Shown one piece after another: positions 1 through 64,000 of a DNA stretch of 64,000 bases. The translations under genes were made by a program, and so were the position numbers. Numbering within the stretch: position 1 is the stretch's first letter; each line of letters starts with the position of its first letter. The notes beneath the pieces were generated by a model. It was not told the DNA's origin and did no database searches. It saw only the letters and a list, made by a program, of their open reading frames with translations. Source of the stretch: Eledone cirrhosa (lineage: Eukaryota); assembly GCA_964016885.1 (NCBI GenBank), contig OZ024758.1, positions 1,674,001-1,738,000 on the forward strand. The letters are read 5' to 3'.

Positions 1-190
1 CTCATACACATACATACATACACACACGCATACATACTCACTCATACACATACATACATACACACACGCATACATACTCACTCATACACATACATACATA
101 CATACATACACACATGCATACATACTCACTCATACATACATACATACACACACGCATACATACTCACTCATACACATATACACATACATA
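1..190. repeat. CA/TACA compound microsatellite
   Basis: Repeating CATACACATACATACA units. Confidence 0.9.
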
Positions 191-1004
191 CATGCACCAA
201 GTTGTCGCCTTGAAATTATACACTTGTCTCCACTGTTAGTCACGAAGAGAACTTGTCTCACACTTTCTTCCAAAATGATGTTTGTACTATGACCCACACA
301 ACCACCAAACATATACTATGACCCACATACTATACTAGGGGTTTTTTCAACACGCTGAGTTGTATGTATATATAAGTGTGTACGTGTGGATATGTGCATA
401 TACATACATTTCCATGTATGAGTATATAAATATAAACGTGCAAACACAGACACACTTACAAAAATACACACTCAGACACACACTCAGACATACATTCACA
501 CAAACACACACAAACACTCACATAAACAGCATAGCAAATGGAACGCCAGCTCCTATTTTGCTATAGTTTTTTCACCATCCCCTTCCTTCCTTTTACACAC
601 ACATACATTCATGCAGGTAGCAGACGTAAGGAGAAAGGAGTAGTATGAGGTAGTCAAACTACTCCTTTCTCTTTACGTGTTGTGACAGAATCACAGAAAT
701 TTATATATAGATGCCAGCACACCTAAATTGCACATGCACAAAACACATCACAAACGCACAAAATATTCTTCACTACAGATGTCATCATCATCATTTTACG
801 TCCATTTTTCCACGCTAGCATGGGTTAGACGAGTTGTCCTGTTGTAGGCAATGTTAGGTCAGGTGACCATGTCTTGCTCCTACAGAACTGATTTTGGCTT
901 CGTTTCTACAGCTGGATGCCCTTCCTAACACCAACCTCATTTACAGTGAGTGCTGTGTGTGTGTATAAATATATATATTTCATCATCATCATCTTCTGCT
1001 CTGG

Positions 1005-1262
1005 TCACAACACTGTAAAGAGTTTGTGTAAGAGTCACAATAAAAAGCACCCAACCCACACTGTAAAGTGGTCGTGTAGGTCACAACAGAAAACAGCCAG
1101 TACTCACTGTAAATGTAGTTGGCGTTAAGAAGGGCATCCAGCCGTAGAAACTGAGCCAGAAACAGTCCTAAAGATACGGTCACCTGACCCAACTTGCCTC
1201 AAATGGGACGACCCATCTAACCCATGCTCACATAGAAAATGGACATTAAATGATGATGATGA
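1005..1262 (+). mobile_element. Dispersed retroposon (family B) with internal ~48-bp subrepeat and (GAT)n tail; many copies, e.g. 785-950, 21420-21585, 22420-22585, 39305-39520, 46590-46742, 49440-49625
   Basis: CACTGTAAAGTGG...GTTAGGAAGGGCATCCAGC.GTAGAAAC...CCCATGC...GAAAATGGAC.TTAAATGATGATGAT. Confidence 0.8.
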
Positions 1263-1889
1263 ATGTCTGATGGTGAATAAGTGTGATTTTTTTCTTGTTT
1301 CTTTTAAAATTATAACTATTGTACAAATTTCATTTTATGAAATTTTATTTAAATCAACATTCTAACAAAATAAAAGACAAAAAAAACTCAGTTTTAGAGT
1401 TGTTAATCTCTCAATGTCTTCAGTTTACCAAAGGTATCATTTGTGAGTGCTGGAAATAATTTAGGCACAAGACCAGCAATTAGAGGGGAAAGTCAATTAG
1501 ATGAACCAAAATACTTGAGTGCTATTTTATTTTATCTACAAGGGCCAACTATAATTTGCATAGGCTGACTGTGAAGTAGTGATGTTAGAGCTTTGAAATC
1601 TTACATGCATCAATTTCAACTCTGCTTCTTAATGACAGCATCATTTTTTTCCAGGGACTATGTTGAAAAATAAACCTCTTTGGTCATTCCCTGATAGTAT
1701 CTTGGTCAACATATAAACTTTTCAGCCGGCCCTCATACCTTATAAGGATGAAAGGCAGAGATGAGAATGATGATGATTATCGAGGTTGAACTGATAAACC
1801 ACTGAATTGATATATTGCAAGGAATCAATGTCTTTTAACAGATCAATAGATCAATCAGCTGGAACAAATATAAGAGTATGAGACACTCA

Positions 1890-2250
1890 TGGCCTCTCCT
1901 TGTCTTACTGTCTATCTCTCTCTCACTCAGTCTCTCTCTTTCTCTCCCTCCCTCTCCTTGTCTTACTGTCTATCTCTCTCTCACTCAGTCGCTCTCTTTC
2001 TCTCCCTGCCTCTCCTTGTCTTTCTGTCTATCTCTCTCTCACTCAGTCGCTCTCTTTCTCTCTCTGCCTCTCCTTCTCTTTCTGTCTATCTCTCTCTCAC
2101 TTACTCTTTCTTTCTCTCCTTGTCTTTCTGTCTATCTGTCTCTCTTTCTTTCTCTCTATCTCTCCCCTCTCTCTCTCTTTCTCTCCTTGTCTGCCTGTCT
2201 ATCTCTCTCTCTCTCTCTCTCTCTCCTTGTCTGTCTATCTCACTCCCCCC
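1890..2250. repeat. CT-rich degenerate tandem repeat directly downstream of the PNKP stop
   Basis: Repeated TCTCCTTGTCTTACTGTCTATCTCTCTCTCACTCAGTC units. Confidence 0.85.
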
Positions 2251-2255
2251 TCTCC

Positions 2256-29357
<27,102 letters not shown>

Positions 29358-31837
29358 CGTCAAAGATGTTTTAAATATATGTGATGTATTTCTTCGTAAT
29401 GCTATAGAAGCAAATTGAATGTAAATAAAATTAATCGGAGGAAGTACTCTCCGTGCTTCGTAAAAAATGACAGATCTCAACGAAAATGAAATGACATTCA
29501 TAAGATATAATACGAATTTAGATATTACTTTAAAATGTCTAATTGCTTTCTTTCTCAATATTGTTTCAAAACAAACAACATTGATAAAGGTTCATTGAGT
29601 AAAAAAAAAAAGAGAGAGAGAGAGAATACACGTGAAAGTCCTACAGCAAATAATTGCTCCGGCCTGAGTCAAGTGTAATTTACTATCTAAGGGAGATAAC
29701 TTTGCTTTACTGGTTCCTTGCAATAATATTTCCACGTGTTTTCAAACAATGTTTATCATTGCTGTTCCACTTTTTCTTTTTAATGACGGTTTTAGTTACA
29801 AATTATTATACACCGGAAATATCATCATTATTACTTTTCTATGAATAGAATATTTGTTTCTACTCTAAGCACAAGGCCAGCAATTATTACAGTGCATTAC
29901 TGGTACTTTATTTTACCGACCCCGTAAGGATGAAAGGCAAAGTTTACCTCGGCGGGATTTGAACACAGACCAATAATATAATGTTTACAACAGAGTGAAA
30001 ATAAAAACACATAAAATAAACACAATTAATCATTGCTAGGAACCTTATAAATATAATACACAAAAATATATGATCAAATCGAGAGAAAAAAACAAATATA
30101 TATATATATAATTTAATATAGAAATGGGTAGTATATATATATATACACACACACTTATTCAATAATAATTAACTCCGTTCTCGCACCATCAACAAGATTC
30201 AACATAAACGAAGATGGATAAGTTGCATAACGTCGAGTGCTTTTCCTAATATTACATCACGATTGACTATACGGAATGACCAGTTCTATCCAGTGGTGAA
30301 CCAACAAACCTAAATAAATATATATATATATATACTAGTCATTTCTATATTTATATACACTAGCTATTTCTATATTTGAAGCCGTGCGCACTCATTTGGG
30401 ATGGAGATAGAGAAAGTGTAGCAGAAATTTGATACTCTTTGCTATAAAGTCCTTTTCATATTGTCGAGCGGTCACCATAAAGATGACATTGTGACCTCAT
30501 AGACAGGTTCCCTTTTTGAATGCGTTTTCGTCGCCAATATGTCTGAGTGTGAACCTGTAGATTATAGGAGTTCAACTGGGACAGGGCACTTACCTTAAAG
30601 ATCGGGCATCAGAGGTTTTATGGGGTTTTTCTTTTCCACGAATGACCCTCGAACTCCTCACTATTAAGGAACCTTCTTTGTTTTAATTTTATTGTTACGT
30701 TTTTTTTTTTAACATTGTTAACATTTATTTACACGTAAAACCTACACACATACACACGTTTCGGTGAAACGCCTTCTCCATTCTGTCCGCTGGGGCTGTG
30801 GGGAGGCCAGCACGTGGGACCCCGTTTGCTCACCAAACAGACAGATAGGGAGGGCGAGAGAGATGGAGGAGATGACAGTGGGAGTTCGGACCATATCCTT
30901 GAGGTTGTGTTCATTATCTATAGAGTTCATACAGATATACATCTAAGACTTAATCTTGAAACACAACACACTCTATGTTTTCGTCCTGTACTGTCATAAT
31001 GTTTTTCTTGATGTAAACCCTCTGTGGTTAATAAAGAAACAATTATTATGTGTGGAATACAGAAACTACTCGTGTGTTTGTAGAATATGTGTACACGGAC
31101 GCAGACGTACGTAATAAAAAATACAGATTTGTCTCCCTTGCCAAACAATTTATCACCTCACCATTATCAATAATAATTGTTTCTACTTTAGGTACAAGGC
31201 CAGCAAATTACTGGTACTTTATTTTATCGACCCCGTAAGGATGAAAGGCAAAGTTAACCTCGGCGGGATTTGAACTCAGACTGTAAAGGGACGTAACTAT
31301 GCTAGAAAGCATGGCGTCCAACCCTCTACCGATACTGCCAAATTGTTTCTACTTTAGGCACAAGGCCAGCAATTACTCAGTGCATTACTGGTACTTTTCA
31401 ATAATAATAATGATGAAATTATTGTGTACAGTGCTCAGGTGCACTACAACACATTAAAGGTGCATGTATAATACATAGAATAATGTACAAATGTCAGGAA
31501 AGTGAACAGTGTATGAGTCATAATATACATGTGTGCGTGTGTATGGAGAGCAGATAGGTGTAGGGTTGGCGAACTCCAGGAAGCATGGAGGTTTTAAAGG
31601 ATGCAGTGTCTCGGCAGCTAACAAACCTCGATTCACTCCCACATATAACGAGAGAACATAATGTTAAAAAGACTGGGTCATTGTTGCTGGAATAGGTTTT
31701 GTTATAGATCTGCTCAAACTCATCATTTCTCGTGTTTTCTTTGGTGTTTCTCTGTTATAATAAATTTCACTGTTAGTAGCAGGTTATATTTTTACTCGAT
31801 GGATGTTGTCCATTCTCACCACAGATTTATAGTAGAA

Positions 31838-32103
31838 GGCACTCCGTCGGTTACGACGACGAGTGGTCCAGTTGATCCGATCAACGGAACAACCAGCTCG
31901 TGAAATTAACGTGCAAATGACTGAGCATTCCACAAACATGTGTACACTTAGTTCTTAGGGAGATTCAGCGCGACACAGAATGTGACATGGCTGGCCCTTC
32001 GAATTACAGGTACAACTCATTCTTGCCAGTTGAGTGGACTGGAGCAACGTGAAATAAAGTGTCTTGCTCAAGGACACAACGTGTCGCCGAGAATCAAACT
32101 CAT
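31838..32103 (-). mobile_element. SINE with CORE-like domain (family C); related copies near 16270-16550, 37570-37700 and 49630-49830
   Basis: Reverse complement contains TTGTGTCCTTGAGCAAGACACTTTATTTCAC, which resembles the CORE-SINE central domain. Confidence 0.65.
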
Positions 32104-32267
32104 GGTAGAGCATCGGACAACATGCTTCGTGGCATAGAGTAACGGCCCTTTACATTCTGAGTTCAAATCAAGCCGAAGTTAGCTTTGCCTTTATATCATT
32201 GGATATTTATGTGTGTATATATATGTGTAATTCACTATTTTATAATGATATATATATATAGATATAC

Positions 32268-32308
<41 letters not shown>

Positions 32309-32309
<1 letters not shown>

Positions 32310-32470
32310 TCCCGACTCTTTTCCTATATATATAGGAAAAGAGTCGGGACCCCGACAGCTGAGCTCCGGCCAGCTAGATCCTAACATAGCCACCAGGCTG
32401 GTGGCTATGTTCGGATCTAGCTGTCGAAACGGCCGGGGCTCAGCCGTCGGGGCCCAGACTCTTTTCCTAT
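32309..32470. repeat. Overlapping inverted repeats: perfect 42-bp palindrome (32309-32350) and ~140-bp fold-back (32332-32470)
   Basis: GTCCCGACTCTTTTCCTATATATATAGGAAAAGAGTCGGGAC is its own reverse complement; second hairpin is centred on CACCAG-G-CTGGTG. Confidence 0.9.
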
Positions 32471-32531
32471 CACCGACTCTACTACACTAAGTGTTGAGTA
32501 CTCTGAGGCGTTATGGTCCACACCCCCTTTG

Positions 32532-32571
<40 letters not shown>

Positions 32572-32715
32572 ACTATTAAACAACCAGTTCTTGTCTTTGG
32601 GTTTTACGACAGTTGCAAAACAGGAAAAAAAGGAAATTAGCAGACGAAATCTTAATCGGTTTCCATTAAGTTTGACGCATGCGTAGTTGGGTGAAAACGA
32701 CAAAGTCGTTGAGCT

Positions 32716-32724
32716 AAGATGGCG
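32716..32724 (+). promoter_or_regulatory. YY1-type motif AAGATGGCG near the probable Miro transcription start
   Basis: Exact YY1 core about 400 bp upstream of the Miro ATG, in a locally CpG-containing stretch. Confidence 0.45.
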
Positions 32725-33117
32725 CTGTCATGAGGATAACACTCAGCCATATTAGCTGTTATACAACAGTTTTATGATACGGAAAACATTTACTTTGTTT
32801 GGAATTAGCATTTTCACATAACCAAATAGGGATTTATTCAAACTTCTGTTCAGTCTAAGGATTTTAATTCTTATCGACATTTTTTCTTTATTTGATATCA
32901 TTTGTAAGAAAGAATACGACAAATGTGCGATGGGTCGGACGAGGTCGTTTCGGTTGTATTTTCCTGAATTTTATTTAGTGTGGTATGTCTGACTTCGCTT
33001 TAAATTATTATATTTGAGAGTTTGATGAAGACATAAATTACTACTCATCGATTTAACAATTAAAAGCTCCCTAATCTTGACGGCATTTGTCTGTGATTTA
33101 ACCAACCAACATTAAAA

Positions 33118-63878
<30,761 letters not shown>

Positions 63879-64000
63879 GTTAGTCAGTTTATTAAATCCT
63901 TTCAGAACTTCACATTGTTTATATCATATTAATATGAGAGAAAAATGTATTTTAATAATGCATGTATTAACTATGGAGAGAATGTTCAAGTCTGTTGCCT

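Larger units (their letters stand above)
29358..33117. promoter_or_regulatory. Divergent intergenic and 5' UTR region between PNKP and Miro
   Basis: The two start codons face away from each other 3.76 kb apart; transcription starts are not visible from sequence alone. Confidence 0.6.

Overview
AT-rich, repeat-dense eukaryotic DNA; the SINE, LINE and microsatellite repertoire suggests an octopod cephalopod (inference). Two spliced genes sit head-to-head with start codons about 3.76 kb apart. (1) A complete PNKP (polynucleotide kinase 3'-phosphatase) on the minus strand: 17 coding exons from 29357 to 2256, 1797 nt, 598 aa, all GT-AG with consistent phases. (2) The first 13 coding exons of Miro (RHOT, mitochondrial Rho GTPase) on the plus strand, 33118-63878, continuing past the window. 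Introns hold tRNA-derived SINEs, RTE and CR1 LINE remnants, piggyBac-, hAT- and Tc1/mariner-type MITEs and many minisatellites. The most unusual observations are: a 29-bp satellite (~66 copies) whose unit is a full copy of the PNKP exon 4 3' splice site, where any upstream copy would give an immediate stop; several type I hammerhead ribozyme motifs of the Penelope-like kind inside introns; satellites seeded from pieces of three different transposons, including a 6.6-kb array; and overlapping palindromes upstream of Miro. Exon coordinates were derived by hand from translation and splice signals. Repeat boundaries and copy numbers are approximate.
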